Position numbers and translations under genes: made by a program
Source of the DNA: a virus
Taxonomy: Duplodnaviria > Heunggongvirae > Uroviricota > Caudoviricetes
DNA length: 64,000 nt
IMG/VR virus record: IMGVR_UViG_2851938318_000001
Direction: 5' to 3' (one strand)
Part shown: positions 21,719-32,465 of the stretch, one piece after another
Layout: every line of letters starts with the position of its first letter
Numbering within the stretch: position 1 is the first letter of the stretch
Notes under the pieces: generated by a model
Databases searched by the model: none
Told to the model about the DNA's origin: nothing
Seen by the model: the letters and a program-made list of their open reading frames with translations, nothing else

Positions 21719-22312
21719 TTACATTAGCTGGTCAATCGTGATTGAAGAACTCACAACCTGTGAGCCAACCAGAATTTCCTCGCCATAGATAAGTTGTACT
21801 GGGTTGCCCTGGTTTTCTGTATTTTGAGGGCCGTCGAAATAATAAGAGTTCGAGTTATCTGCCTGTCTCACACTTTCGTTAGTGGCTTGCGGCGATATGA
21901 TTTGTGATATGCCGCCCATCATCAGTGACAAACCGAGAGGTGCTAAAGCAGGCATCACTACCGCCGATACAACCAACAAAGCGGCCCCTACTACCGTCTG
22001 AAACCACCCAAAAGCAGATCCACCGCTTCCTCGCGGAACAGGTGTAATGCGGATTTTGGCAATGTTGTCAGACTGCCCCATCATCTGATATTCACTTTCG
22101 TCAACAGACCACTTGTGGCCCTGTTTATTGGTGATCTGGATGTGGTAACTGTCATAGGTTTTGATATTGCGCTTCATCCATGCTTTAAACCCAGGCTTGT
22201 TGGCTTCAATTAAATCCAGAGCCTGTTTTGTATTGCGCACCTTTAGATGCCAGTGGCGACCAAAATGTTTAGCCATAGGGCCGCCAAGCTGCACATGAAC
22301 TAACTCAGACAC
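21719..22312 (-). CDS. tail assembly protein I-like
   Basis: 197 aa; C-terminal hydrophobic Gly/Ala-rich segment; position between K-like and J-like genes as in lambda. Confidence 0.75.
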   Translation of the reverse strand: MSELVHVQLGGPMAKHFGRHWHLKVRNTKQALDLIEANKPGFKAWMKRNIKTYDSYHIQITNKQGHKWSVDESEYQMMGQSDNIAKIRITPVPRGSGGSAFGWFQTVVGAALLVVSAVVMPALAPLGLSLMMGGISQIISPQATNESVRQADNSNSYYFDGPQNTENQGNPVQLIYGEEILVGSQVVSSSITIDQLM

Positions 22313-23124
22313 GTCTCATCTCCCTTGAGCAAGTCTCTGTGACGCAAGTGATGCGTCGTATGTTTCTGATACATTCCGCCGTAATAAGCACGACAACTAA
22401 GGCGGTCGATCTGGTGATGAAGAATCATTCCATCGCCGATATAAACCGCGCAGTGGTCAGGCATTTTCCCGTATTGGATAAAGAAGATGTCCCCACGTTG
22501 AGGCTCTGTTCCGGGCGCAAGACGCACCAATCCCTCGTTACGGTAGTTCTGATCGAGAATGTCGTTATCGCCGGTGTACCACGATGGAATATGCAGGTGT
22601 GCGTTCGGGTTTAGTTCGACGTTAAACTCACGCTTCAAATAGTCCCGACACAACATCCAGCAATCGAATACGCCAAATACATACGGTCTGCCCAGGTATG
22701 GCATTTCGAAACCATCAGGTGTGATCACATTCATCTCGCTAAAATGGAAAGGGGCATCTCCCTCAACATTCTTGCGAATAGCCAGAATCATCCACGGAAC
22801 TTCCGTCGCTTCGCAGCCTGCACGATCGGCATCAGATGCTTCTGCTGATTCATCAGTATGTGAATGCCAGATTGCGATAACATCACCCGCATCCTCTGCC
22901 GCCATAATGTCGTCAACGTGCATTACAAAAGTGTTCTGCTGGTTCTCCGAAACATTTCGCGCTTCCATAAAGCGATATTTGTCGCCATTAGTTCTAACCA
23001 GAAAGCCACACGCTTCATTAGGGTAGCGATTTATGGCGCAGAGATAGATTTGCTGCATAACGTCAGAGCCAAGCTCAGGGATTGCTTTATTACCCATACC
23101 GCGTAGCTCCAATAAATCCGCCAA
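22300..23124 (-). CDS. tail tip assembly protein K-like (JAB/MPN + NlpC/P60 domains)
   Basis: 274 aa; JAB-like EACGF...HSHTDES motif and Cys/His NlpC-like C-terminal part. Confidence 0.75.
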   Translation of the reverse strand: MADLLELRGMGNKAIPELGSDVMQQIYLCAINRYPNEACGFLVRTNGDKYRFMEARNVSENQQNTFVMHVDDIMAAEDAGDVIAIWHSHTDESAEASDADRAGCEATEVPWMILAIRKNVEGDAPFHFSEMNVITPDGFEMPYLGRPYVFGVFDCWMLCRDYLKREFNVELNPNAHLHIPSWYTGDNDILDQNYRNEGLVRLAPGTEPQRGDIFFIQYGKMPDHCAVYIGDGMILHHQIDRLSCRAYYGGMYQKHTTHHLRHRDLLKGDETCLS

Positions 23125-23820
23125 AATGGATCACACCGTCGGCAAAATAATTTCGACGCGCATTACAGGCGTCATAACGTTTTGTGCAGTAATCCGCACC
23201 AGACATAGACGTCTGCTGGTTATTTTTGTCGAAATATGGACCGGTATAGCCGCATTCTGGCCCTCGGTATTTCCACGGGCAGGTGTTTTTAATGATCTGA
23301 CGATACGGCAGTTGCACCCCCATCAAATCGAACACACTGGACAATTCAAACTCGACAACCTGATGAGTTTCGAGAGTTTTCTGTTCGATAAACCACATTT
23401 CATCCGGGAAATGTTGGTTTGGATCTGCTGTTGGGTTGCCGTCTTAAAATTAACGGCATCGAGGAAGCGAGCCAGCGTCATCTTGCGAATAATGCGGCAG
23501 CCAACAAGATCGTCGTTCGCCTGAACTTCCGCAGAGACGGTTCCGGCAAAGTTCGATACCTGAATTTTTGGACGTGGCAACGTTCCCTGGCCAGTTTTGT
23601 CAAAGCCTGATGCTTTGATTGGCCACGGCTCGTATGTCACTCCTTGCCAGACGACCGGTTGCATCAGTTCGTTTGTTCCGGCGTGGAAGAATAACTTCCC
23701 CCCTGAAGTTGTGTTCGACATATCCAGTACGAACAACTCAATGAGTGCAGAGGGAGATAAGCTCTGAATATCAGCTTTAATTCCCATTGTTTCATCCTTG
23801 AAATAAGTAGGCGCTAACAT
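23090..23820 (-). pseudogene. minor tail protein L-like, frameshifted
   Basis: Two overlapping ORFs (23323..23820 and 23090..23398) each match half of a lambda L-like protein; frames differ by one nt and join inside an A4/T4 run at about 23441..23452. Confidence 0.75.
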
Positions 23821-23869
23821 CCTGTCAGCGCCACAATGATAGTAAATTAGTACTTACTTATCCAGATGC

Positions 23870-24205
23870 TTAAGCCTCAAATACTTGTCTGAATGGAGCG
23901 GTTAATACTGCGTACCCTTGATATCGCTTGACCGTATGACTGTCGCATACAACTACAATCCGTTTTCCTCTTGGATTAACCCAATAGAACGACTCAACGC
24001 CTGCTCGCTCAGTCAGGAAGTCATCGATTGCATTAATTTCGTTGTATGATCTGGTAAAGGTTAACGACCATTCTTCTTTAATACGATTAAGACCTTGAGC
24101 CTGTCGCTGCTCGTAGTCATCACCAAAATTAAGTACCGTTACATTCGGTTTTACGCTTTTTTCAGATTCGTAATCTGGATACCAATTAAACGTTTGTCTT
24201 TCCAT
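23870..24205 (-). CDS. minor tail protein M-like
   Basis: 111 aa; position between tape measure and L. Confidence 0.7.
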   Translation of the reverse strand: MERQTFNWYPDYESEKSVKPNVTVLNFGDDYEQRQAQGLNRIKEEWSLTFTRSYNEINAIDDFLTERAGVESFYWVNPRGKRIVVVCDSHTVKRYQGYAVLTAPFRQVFEA

Positions 24206-24247
24206 CTCACATCCTTGTGAGACTGCCCCGGTCGGGGCAGTCGATAG

Positions 24248-27200
24248 TTAGTTACGTTGAGTGTTTGGGTTGAGTGATCCGCCAGGGCGTTTCTCTTGCG
24301 CGATAGTCTCAAGCGCGATTGCTTTCATCCGTTGAGCGGCATTGTTCCATATGCTTTCTGTATCGCCGGATTCAGTTGTGCTACCGTCACTATGGACGTT
24401 GATCTCAATTGATACCGGAGAAAGAACATTTCCTCCTCCACTCATACCATCGGTACTGAGCGTTACAGGGATTGTTCGACCATCAGGCAATGGAACATAC
24501 GCCTCATTCATAGAACCTTCCCCAAACAACGCTAATTGAGGCGAGTTAGCAATACCGCCTTTCTGGTATGCCCGGAGCGGGATCACGCCGTCTTTTCCGA
24601 ATATTCCTCCATTTGCAAACTTCGGGATTGCAGGAATGCCTTTAGTTCCGTCAGCCACACTGCTGGTTGTGGTTTTAGCAGAGCTTGATGTCACACTATC
24701 GAAACCACCGCCAGCCCAAGCTGAAACAAGACCAGATGCAACCGTTGCTCCAAAACTCAACCACTTATTACCAGAGCCGGAAGCATTAGCTCCAAGCATT
24801 GCAAACGCGGCAGACAGCGCGCCGGTAACAGAGCTGAGGTTCTGCATCGAGAAGATGGAGTCCTTCACGGCTTTTGTCTCGGCATCTTTGGCTTCAGTAC
24901 TATCAAATAGCCCTGATACCCAGCTACCAATCGCATTTGTTGCAGTGCCAATTGCGCTGGTGGTCTGCTGTGTTGTTTGCCCCAATCCAGTTACCGAACT
25001 GGACGTCTCCTTCGTGGCTTCTCCTACCGACTTGTCACCGTTAACAGTGTTGCCCATTCGTACCCCTTGATTGGCAACGGCGGAAGCAACCCCGGTCAGC
25101 AAATTACCACTCTGTGAACTACCAGCTGCGGTGGTTCCCATCCCCAACATGTTCATTAGAGGCAGCGTGATCTGCGACTTCACGACCATATTGGTGATAT
25201 CTTTCAAAATGGACTGAGACAGGCTGGAGAAGCTCATCTTCCCGTTAATAACGAAATCAGTCAGGACATCAGTTAAGCCACTAAACAAATCAGTCCAGGT
25301 GCTTTCGATCTGCTCTGCCAGGTTTTCGTATTCCAGTGCCAACTTCTGCGTCGCAGTCCCCGTCTCTTTAATAAGCGCGGTATTGCCAGCAGCAATAAGT
25401 TGATTGATTTTCTTTGTATAAAGCGCCACGACTTTAGGATCAGACGCCTTATCACGAAGTTCTATCAACGCTTTGAGATTGCGGTTGTAGGTGTCTTCGA
25501 AATCAGCAACTTTCTCTTCACGAGACGGCGTATAGCCAGCACTAATAATGGAATCTGATTCCGGTGCCCAAGTGGAGATCATCTGCTCAACATTGCGGCG
25601 ATTAAACATCTCGCGATATTCAGGTGTCGCATTTTTGAGGTCTTCAAGACGTTTTTTCGCCTTGTCGATCATCTCTTGAGTGATGAACTCGTTAGGAACC
25701 GCATTAGCCAAATCTGTCAGCGATTTCGTTGTATCGCGAAGAGACTGATCAAACGATACCGTAGCCTTAGAGCTTTCACCCATTTGCCCCATAAGCTGAT
25801 CGGCCTTGTCCAGAGCCTTCTGGTATCCGGCTGCCAGTTTCTGTTGCGCTGCCTGTTCCTTCTTGGCCGCACGCTGCGAGGCGTTAGCTGATCGTTGGGC
25901 TGCTTTCTCGGCGGCTGCGGCATCCTGTTCACGAGCTTTAGTCAGTGCGGCAATGGCTGCGGCACGCTCTTCATCGCTCATTTTCTCCAGAGAGCTGGCG
26001 CTGGATGCTTTCTGCAAATTAAGCTGCGTCTTGAGTTGTTTAGGCCCAATAATCGGCTTACCTTCGAAGTCCATCATCGGAGTGCCGTCAGGCAGAGTAC
26101 GCTGATAAGTCGCAGAATCCATCTGGTTTCGCATATATTGCGCCAGCGCCTTCTGAGCTGCTTTATCAGTTGTACCTAACCCCAGAACATCTCCATTGAT
26201 TGACACTAAGCCATTACCACTTTTGGCCGCGTTATCCCTCTTAAACTCTGCCTGAGTCAGTTCCTGAGCAACGACTTCCAAATGCTCCTGATAGCCACGA
26301 ATACTTCCTTGCAGTTTCTGAATCTGCTCGGTATTTCCTTCCTTTTTCGCTTTTTCAAGCTGATCATTAAGAGTCGCGATTTGCTTCTCGGTCGCATTCT
26401 TACGAGAAGAAAGTGAATCAACCAGTTTTTGCGCAGGCTCCAGATAGCTTTTGTTTACCGTTTCACGTAACGGTGCCAATAGCTTGTTCTTTTCGTCATC
26501 CGAAAGTGAACCGTCATCCTTGATTTTCTGGATTTTCTCCAGAGCCTCCTGACGAGCTTTCACGAACGTTGCCGCAAAGTCTCTATTCTCTTCGAGTATT
26601 TTCTCTATCTGGGATTCTGCCGTCTCTTTTGCCAGACGTTTGGCTACAGCCAAATCCCCTCTGGCAATAGTTTCATTGGTTTCATCGCGTTTCTTACGAA
26701 GTTCATTTAGCTCATTTTCTATTCGCTTACGTTCATCATGATTAATCTTTACTGTAGTTCCGGCCATACCCGGCCCATAAACCACCTTTTCGCCAGATTT
26801 TAACTCTTGTTCCTTTTGCGTGATTTGTTGCTCAAGACGCGCTTTATACTCGGCCATCTGTGCACGTTTAGCCGCCGTCATCGCTTCTGGTATTTTCCTA
26901 ATCTCGTCAACGACCTTTGAAGTTTCGCTACGAAGCATGGTCATATACGTGATTAAGCCAGCAACAGCGGTCATTGCAGCAGTGAAAACAAAACCTATCG
27001 GATTCGCCGCAATAAACGCAGTCAGGCCAGCAAAAGCGCCTTTAAGCCCCGTAATCGCCCCACGGATGGCGAAAATAAGAGAGGGGATCGGAGCCAGCCC
27101 CATACGTGCCGCACGATTGAATCGAGTTACTGCTGTAGCGCCGAGGTTAAATGGAGTCTGTATGGCGGTCGCCATCGTGGCAAAGGTGCTAACCATCTGG

Positions 27201-28828
27201 CTGCCAGCACCAACTACCCCCATGATCCCTGCTCGCATCAGTTTGAACGCAACCATCGCGGCCACGACCTTACCGAGATTAATTACCAGCTCTTGGTTCT
27301 TTGCTAACCATTGAGCAAGCTGACGCAACCCATCGATTGCCGTCGTTAACCCCGAACCTAAAGAATTGGCAAACGAAATCCCTTCGGCGCTATTCATGAT
27401 TGAAGCCAGTTCTTTCATCCCCTTTGATAGAGAATCCAGATATCCGGCCTGACCAACTCGATCAGCAAATAACGTGAATGACGTCTGAAGTTGCGCCAGC
27501 GCACCTGTGTAGGTTTGCATCATGTCTTTCGCTGCGTTCTCGTTCTCCGCACGCAGACCAACAAACATCAGAGACAACGCCTGTTTTGCCTCAACCGTAC
27601 CGCTGGCAACAGCTTTAGTCAGTTCCCCCATAGTGATGCCTGCGGCATCTGCCATTGCCTGCATCGCGTTAGGAACGGCTTCACCTAATTGCTGACGTAG
27701 CTCTTCCATTGACACAACGCCCTTACCGGACATCTGCTGAACGGCCACAGCCGCACGTTTCAACAGCTCACTATCACCACCAAAACGAGCAACGGAGTCC
27801 ACCAGCGCCTTCAGAGAACCATCGGTTGGATCTAAGCCAGCAGAACGAAACTTCACGAAGGAATCTGTTAACGCCTGCATCGCGAACGGCGCATTTTGAG
27901 CCATGTCTACGATGTACTTCATATCATCAGCGGCAGCCTGGCCAGGGTTGGACTTCTCCTTATTCAACCCTCGAAGCATCACCCGCATACGTTCCATTTC
28001 GGCCGCAGCTTCAACAATAGGCTTCTGCCACCCAAACATGATGTCAGTAACCGTTCTGGCTGCATCTCCGATCTCGCCAAGCAGGAAAATGTTGCCACGA
28101 AGGCCAGAGAACATACCTCCTTCGTTATTTTTACCGCTGTGACCAGAAGCGCCGCTACGCTGCCCGCTACCACCATCGCCACTTCCAGATGTACGAACGC
28201 GTACCGGCTTGCTAATCAGTTGCTGACGTCCGATAACTTCGTCCATCTGCTCACGAACCTTTTTCAGTCCCTCGGCAGCCTGACTCGTTGTGACCCCCCA
28301 ATTACTGAGTCGCTTCGTCGTGGTATTAAGGCGCGTATTCATGCCACTCACGGACGCAGATGCTTCTTTGACCTCCGTTCCAAAGCGGCTTGCGCTTTTG
28401 CTTGCATAGGTCGCCCAATCAGAGAAATCATTTAGCTCTGATTGCACTTTACGTAATGACGCAGTGAGTTTATCTACTGAAGAAGTTGTCGTATCGACGC
28501 GCTCAATCAGGGCTTTAAGACCAGAATTGAGGCTGGTGATGTTGCCACGCATTTTACGCGTAGCATCTGAAGCAAGCTCAAAACCGGCAGCTACATCCTG
28601 TAGTTTATCTGCCGTAGAATCGAGCTTGCTTTCCAGAACGCCAATGATACGGGCGACCGAACCCAAAGAGCGTTCAAAGGTTTGGATTTTTTGAGCAGGC
28701 TTTGTTACCTGCTCACCAAATCGAGTAAGCAGTTTCCCCGCACGATCGATTGACGCTGTAAACTGTTTGTCTTCCAGCGACAGGATAAACTCTACGTTTT
28801 GTGACATTCCCTTGTCATCCTCTGCCAA
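24248..28828 (-). CDS. tail tape measure protein
   Basis: 1526 aa; long alpha-helical and Gly/Ala-rich hydrophobic segments; position downstream of the G/G-T chaperone genes. Confidence 0.85.
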   Translation of the reverse strand: MAEDDKGMSQNVEFILSLEDKQFTASIDRAGKLLTRFGEQVTKPAQKIQTFERSLGSVARIIGVLESKLDSTADKLQDVAAGFELASDATRKMRGNITSLNSGLKALIERVDTTTSSVDKLTASLRKVQSELNDFSDWATYASKSASRFGTEVKEASASVSGMNTRLNTTTKRLSNWGVTTSQAAEGLKKVREQMDEVIGRQQLISKPVRVRTSGSGDGGSGQRSGASGHSGKNNEGGMFSGLRGNIFLLGEIGDAARTVTDIMFGWQKPIVEAAAEMERMRVMLRGLNKEKSNPGQAAADDMKYIVDMAQNAPFAMQALTDSFVKFRSAGLDPTDGSLKALVDSVARFGGDSELLKRAAVAVQQMSGKGVVSMEELRQQLGEAVPNAMQAMADAAGITMGELTKAVASGTVEAKQALSLMFVGLRAENENAAKDMMQTYTGALAQLQTSFTLFADRVGQAGYLDSLSKGMKELASIMNSAEGISFANSLGSGLTTAIDGLRQLAQWLAKNQELVINLGKVVAAMVAFKLMRAGIMGVVGAGSQMVSTFATMATAIQTPFNLGATAVTRFNRAARMGLAPIPSLIFAIRGAITGLKGAFAGLTAFIAANPIGFVFTAAMTAVAGLITYMTMLRSETSKVVDEIRKIPEAMTAAKRAQMAEYKARLEQQITQKEQELKSGEKVVYGPGMAGTTVKINHDERKRIENELNELRKKRDETNETIARGDLAVAKRLAKETAESQIEKILEENRDFAATFVKARQEALEKIQKIKDDGSLSDDEKNKLLAPLRETVNKSYLEPAQKLVDSLSSRKNATEKQIATLNDQLEKAKKEGNTEQIQKLQGSIRGYQEHLEVVAQELTQAEFKRDNAAKSGNGLVSINGDVLGLGTTDKAAQKALAQYMRNQMDSATYQRTLPDGTPMMDFEGKPIIGPKQLKTQLNLQKASSASSLEKMSDEERAAAIAALTKAREQDAAAAEKAAQRSANASQRAAKKEQAAQQKLAAGYQKALDKADQLMGQMGESSKATVSFDQSLRDTTKSLTDLANAVPNEFITQEMIDKAKKRLEDLKNATPEYREMFNRRNVEQMISTWAPESDSIISAGYTPSREEKVADFEDTYNRNLKALIELRDKASDPKVVALYTKKINQLIAAGNTALIKETGTATQKLALEYENLAEQIESTWTDLFSGLTDVLTDFVINGKMSFSSLSQSILKDITNMVVKSQITLPLMNMLGMGTTAAGSSQSGNLLTGVASAVANQGVRMGNTVNGDKSVGEATKETSSSVTGLGQTTQQTTSAIGTATNAIGSWVSGLFDSTEAKDAETKAVKDSIFSMQNLSSVTGALSAAFAMLGANASGSGNKWLSFGATVASGLVSAWAGGGFDSVTSSSAKTTTSSVADGTKGIPAIPKFANGGIFGKDGVIPLRAYQKGGIANSPQLALFGEGSMNEAYVPLPDGRTIPVTLSTDGMSGGGNVLSPVSIEINVHSDGSTTESGDTESIWNNAAQRMKAIALETIAQEKRPGGSLNPNTQRN

Positions 28829-29200
28829 ATATTTGCATCAGTTGCTCTTTGGCGTCAGGGTCTGCCTTATCCTGGCTTGGATCGTAGACTTTATCTGTTA
28901 CGACTGGTCTTCCAATCCTGAGTTGCAAACCCTCCATGAACGCCTTCACAGCCTCGCCATCCGCCTGGGACGCACGAGCGACTTGTAAGTTGCGGACATC
29001 CTCTTCCGCACGCAGACGGTCTATATTGCGACTGAGCATCCAGAACATCGTGAGAGGGATGTTCAATAGCTCTAATGGCGACACAGCGTAGTGAGCAACT
29101 ACACGACTGAAATAGAATCCGAGATCTATTGAAACGGTCCTTGTCCCGGATTCATCGCGGGAAATTACTTTGCCCCTTCGCCAGCCGCTTTTTCGTTTTC
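28815..29200 (-). CDS. T-frame extension of the tail assembly chaperone (G-T -1 frameshift product)
   Basis: ORF in the -1 frame relative to G; frame stays open through the 3' end of G (checked codon by codon 29085..29198). Confidence 0.45.
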
Positions 29201-29482
29201 TTCATCAATCACTTCCATAGCGAAGGTGAAGATCTGCTGGAGTTGCGGAACAGTCAGTTTTTCAAGAACTTCGTCAGGTACTGAAGGGATAACCTTACGA
29301 ACCAGATCTGCATAAGCTGTCACTTGCTCAACAGGAGACATGTTCATGAGATCTTTACCTTCCATCTGCTTGATGGAAACGAACAGACCTACCGTCATTT
29401 CAACGATGGGATATTCCTGACCGCCAAATTTGATGCTTTTCTTCGGAGGCAGAATGGAATCGAGATCGAGTAATTTGGTCAT
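29165..29482 (-). CDS. tail assembly chaperone G-like
   Basis: 105 aa acidic protein between major tail and tape measure genes; ends ...EKAAGEGAK over an A-rich stretch. Confidence 0.6.
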   Translation of the reverse strand: MTKLLDLDSILPPKKSIKFGGQEYPIVEMTVGLFVSIKQMEGKDLMNMSPVEQVTAYADLVRKVIPSVPDEVLEKLTVPQLQQIFTFAMEVIDEENEKAAGEGAK

Positions 29483-29537
29483 TGGTTAAAATCCTTTTAA
29501 AAGAGAGGCCCATCCTGAGCCTCTGCTTAATTACTGA

Positions 29538-30284
29538 TTAATCTGCGGGGTTAATCGTTACTGACTTAGTAGCCTTCTTAGAACCGCTATTGCTGGTGAA
29601 GGAGATGTTTGCAGTACCCTGCGCCACACCACGTACCAGACCCGTTTGATCTACCGTGGCCTTTTCCTGGTCTTCGGATTCCCAAACACCGGTTTTGTCT
29701 GCGGCATCAGCTGGAGTGATTTCGGCTGTCAGTTGCACAGTTTCTCCAGCTTTTACGGTTGGAGATTCCGGTGTGATCGACACAGTTTTTACCGGTTTGG
29801 GACCGCTCATTTTGCCCAGAACGCCTTCATCATCCGGGTATGCGCTGAACTGAACAGAGAACACACGAACATCATCAGACTGGTAGGTCATAGTGAAGTT
29901 GCCCGCGGTTGCCGCTTTCGGAATGGTCAACACATAGTCGGTGGTGTCCTGCGGAGTCAGAACCAGCTCCTTCGCCACATCGATCAGGTTGACGCCCTGT
30001 GCAGATGTGATCGTGACAGAGTTGTCATCTTCGCTCAGAGTAGAACCGGGCATCAGGTCAACCATGTTTTGGAGTACAGACTCAGCCAGAGGCGCGGTGA
30101 TGGTAATGTTGCGCCCCTGAACTAATTCGGAAATTACGGTCTGCCCCAACTGATCGACGGTGACTTTCAGCGTTTCAGTGGCTACTTCAACCTGAACACC
30201 ACCTTTGGTGTAACCCAAATCCACACCACCAAACGACACCTTACAGGCACCAAGTTTGATGTTTTTTACATGGGTATTAGACAT
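29538..30284 (-). CDS. major tail protein with C-terminal Ig-like domain
   Basis: Start placed at ATG 30284 (AAGGAG 10 nt upstream); C-terminal Ig-like segment VKTVSITPESPTVKAGETVQLTAEITPAD; the ORF could extend to 30320. Confidence 0.65.
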   Translation of the reverse strand: MSNTHVKNIKLGACKVSFGGVDLGYTKGGVQVEVATETLKVTVDQLGQTVISELVQGRNITITAPLAESVLQNMVDLMPGSTLSEDDNSVTITSAQGVNLIDVAKELVLTPQDTTDYVLTIPKAATAGNFTMTYQSDDVRVFSVQFSAYPDDEGVLGKMSGPKPVKTVSITPESPTVKAGETVQLTAEITPADAADKTGVWESEDQEKATVDQTGLVRGVAQGTANISFTSNSGSKKATKSVTINPAD

Positions 30285-30358
30285 TGATGGAAAACTCCTT
30301 TTTCCGTTAATTCTACGCATTCATTGCGCTAATGGTAAGTATATACTTACCTATTGAC

Positions 30359-30715
30359 TTAATTCAATAAATAGCCAGCAAATTCAACAGGAATGCCTGC
30401 TTCTATTAATGCCCCATCATTTTTGGGATAAATGATTGGCATCGCCATCGGTCGTACAAGTCGAAAATAAACACCACCAGATTCCGTTTCCTCTACTGGA
30501 AACATCTCAATGATTTTATTGGCTTTCTCAACCGTCGTAGTAATTGACGAACCACGCACAATGATTGTGAATGATTCGTGATAAAAGCCCTGTAGCTCAT
30601 GATCGATGCAGATGCCGGTATTTGGGTTAATAAGCAAGACGCCAGATTTCACATTGGCAGGCAAGTAGTGACAGAAAATGTCAGTCCCGACCGTGCCAAT
30701 CTTTGCCTTCTGCAT
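30359..30715 (-). CDS. tail terminator / tail completion protein
   Basis: About 119 aa from internal Met 30715; position just upstream of the major tail gene. Confidence 0.45.
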   Translation of the reverse strand: MQKAKIGTVGTDIFCHYLPANVKSGVLLINPNTGICIDHELQGFYHESFTIIVRGSSITTTVEKANKIIEMFPVEETESGGVYFRLVRPMAMPIIYPKNDGALIEAGIPVEFAGYLLN

Positions 30716-30743
30716 CAAACTTGCAAACGCTTCGATAAACACA

Positions 30744-31217
30744 TTAACCTCTCGTAAAACCGGCTTTTCTGGCAGCCTCAAGAATCGCTTCTGAGAACTG
30801 CTTCTCGCTAATTTCCACCGCTCTTTCCAGAAAGTGTGGCCCAACACGAGGTTTAACACCGGCAATTGGTGGATTTGTCACGTTCTTCATTCGAGAAAGA
30901 TAACCGAGTCGATATTTACCCAGCTCCATGTACTTAGCATAGTCACCTACTTCTACGCCCGGATGCCCCTGACGTGGTTTTGCTCCAGACACAGAAAGCT
31001 CAATGCGCAGCCCTGAATAACCTTCTTTAATCACCCTGGCAAAGATAGCTGTCTCCAGAGATCCGGTTTCCAGCGGAGCCATTGCACGGCTGAGACGCTC
31101 AACCAAACGCGCCAGCTTTTCCATGTCCCGAATAAGATATCGCTTAAATGCTTTCTGGCTGTTGTTGAGTCTATTCCCCGCACGTTTGAACTGATGCGCA
31201 TCGTATTTCAGACCCAT
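30744..31217 (-). CDS. head-tail connector / tail completion protein
   Basis: 157 aa; position only. Confidence 0.4.
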   Translation of the reverse strand: MGLKYDAHQFKRAGNRLNNSQKAFKRYLIRDMEKLARLVERLSRAMAPLETGSLETAIFARVIKEGYSGLRIELSVSGAKPRQGHPGVEVGDYAKYMELGKYRLGYLSRMKNVTNPPIAGVKPRVGPHFLERAVEISEKQFSEAILEAARKAGFTRG

Positions 31218-31552
31218 ATATTCGCCCCCACTTCAAGATGCCCAGGTCTTCCTCGTAGCCCCCAGCGACGATGAACACTGGACACCTTTAATTTTTGACC
31301 TTCAAGGATCAGCACATCATCAAGTTGTACAGCCGCTTCTAAAGGGACAACTAACACAGCATCAAACAACTCCAGACTCGCCTTACCACGGCTACCAGAG
31401 CTATCAGCACGAACTGACGATTTCTCATTACTCTGTTCGAACTTAACCACGCCGACATTCGTCTTCCTGACGAATTGCAATTGCGCCTCGCCGTAAACGT
31501 TCTTTGCGCCAAAGCGGTAGATCGCAATTTCTGTTTGCCATGAAATATTCAT
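31208..31552 (-). CDS. head-tail joining protein
   Basis: About 114 aa from ATG 31552 with GGGAGAGAG upstream; position only. Confidence 0.35.
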   Translation of the reverse strand: MNISWQTEIAIYRFGAKNVYGEAQLQFVRKTNVGVVKFEQSNEKSSVRADSSGSRGKASLELFDAVLVVPLEAAVQLDDVLILEGQKLKVSSVHRRWGLRGRPGHLEVGANIWV

Positions 31553-31631
31553 GCTCTCTCCCTGTTGTTGTCGGTCGCTCTCATTACTGGCCAAAAACCA
31601 TTTCGACCAAAAGTAAATAATGCGACTAGCG

Positions 31632-32465
31632 TTACGCACGGCGAACAATCATACGGTTGTTAATGTAACTGACCAGCAAGCGCCAGGTACTGCGAGCCAC
31701 ATGCACGTTTGCAGCTTTACCGGTACGGTACATGTTGGTTGTTTCACCGATGGACTCTGACAAAATGCCATCTTCTCGTGCTGCGGCAACATCATTGCCA
31801 TTTGCGATCTCACACGCTTCGTTGACAACGGCAAGCATCAACGCTTCTTTGAAGTAGTCAGGGAACTCTTCAAACTTCTCCTGCGTCATCTTTTCCCAAT
31901 CGACTAAATCATGCCGGTACGCTCCGTCTGCTCCCCACGGAATGTCATACACATTCAGCATATTTTGAGGGCGATCGTATCGGTCAAAGTCGATACGTAG
32001 AATTTTGCGGATTGAGAACGGTAAAGTTTTAATTCGTCTGGTAGCCTCAATGAGACGCTTGCGCATTAAGCCTTCACCATCCGACAGCAAAGTGTCCCCA
32101 TTCAGCATATCGATCGCCTGCATTTGAGCATCAGCGACAGTTGCAAACGACTGTTCTGGTATCGACAGTTCAAAACTATTCAGCAGAACATACATTTGCC
32201 GCTCTTCATGCGTCAGACCCGATGCAACAGCCTTCACAATGACGTACCGCAGATCGCGTTCTTTCTCAGAGAGCAGGTTATATTCAGCCGACACGACAAC
32301 CGGAATCGACATTTGCCCGCTGGTAATTTCTAGCGGCTCGCCATCAACGAGAATAGCCCCGGTGCTGTCCTTTACTGTGTAGGTGGCAGATTCGATATCC
32401 AGCACGTTGAAGGCAAATGAAAGAGAAACAGCTTCACCGCTACGATACGAGTCGATCTGCGCCAT
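31632..32465 (-). CDS. hypothetical head-tail module protein
   Basis: 277-aa ORF between capsid and tail genes. Confidence 0.35.
   Translation of the reverse strand: MAQIDSYRSGEAVSLSFAFNVLDIESATYTVKDSTGAILVDGEPLEITSGQMSIPVVVSAEYNLLSEKERDLRYVIVKAVASGLTHEERQMYVLLNSFELSIPEQSFATVADAQMQAIDMLNGDTLLSDGEGLMRKRLIEATRRIKTLPFSIRKILRIDFDRYDRPQNMLNVYDIPWGADGAYRHDLVDWEKMTQEKFEEFPDYFKEALMLAVVNEACEIANGNDVAAAREDGILSESIGETTNMYRTGKAANVHVARSTWRLLVSYINNRMIVRRA

Noticed and set aside
25806-28435. Antisense and out-of-frame ORFs inside the tape measure gene (e.g. 26820..27314, 27896..28435)
   Set aside because: Embedded in a 1526-aa gene with clear tape-measure character; no independent start signals.
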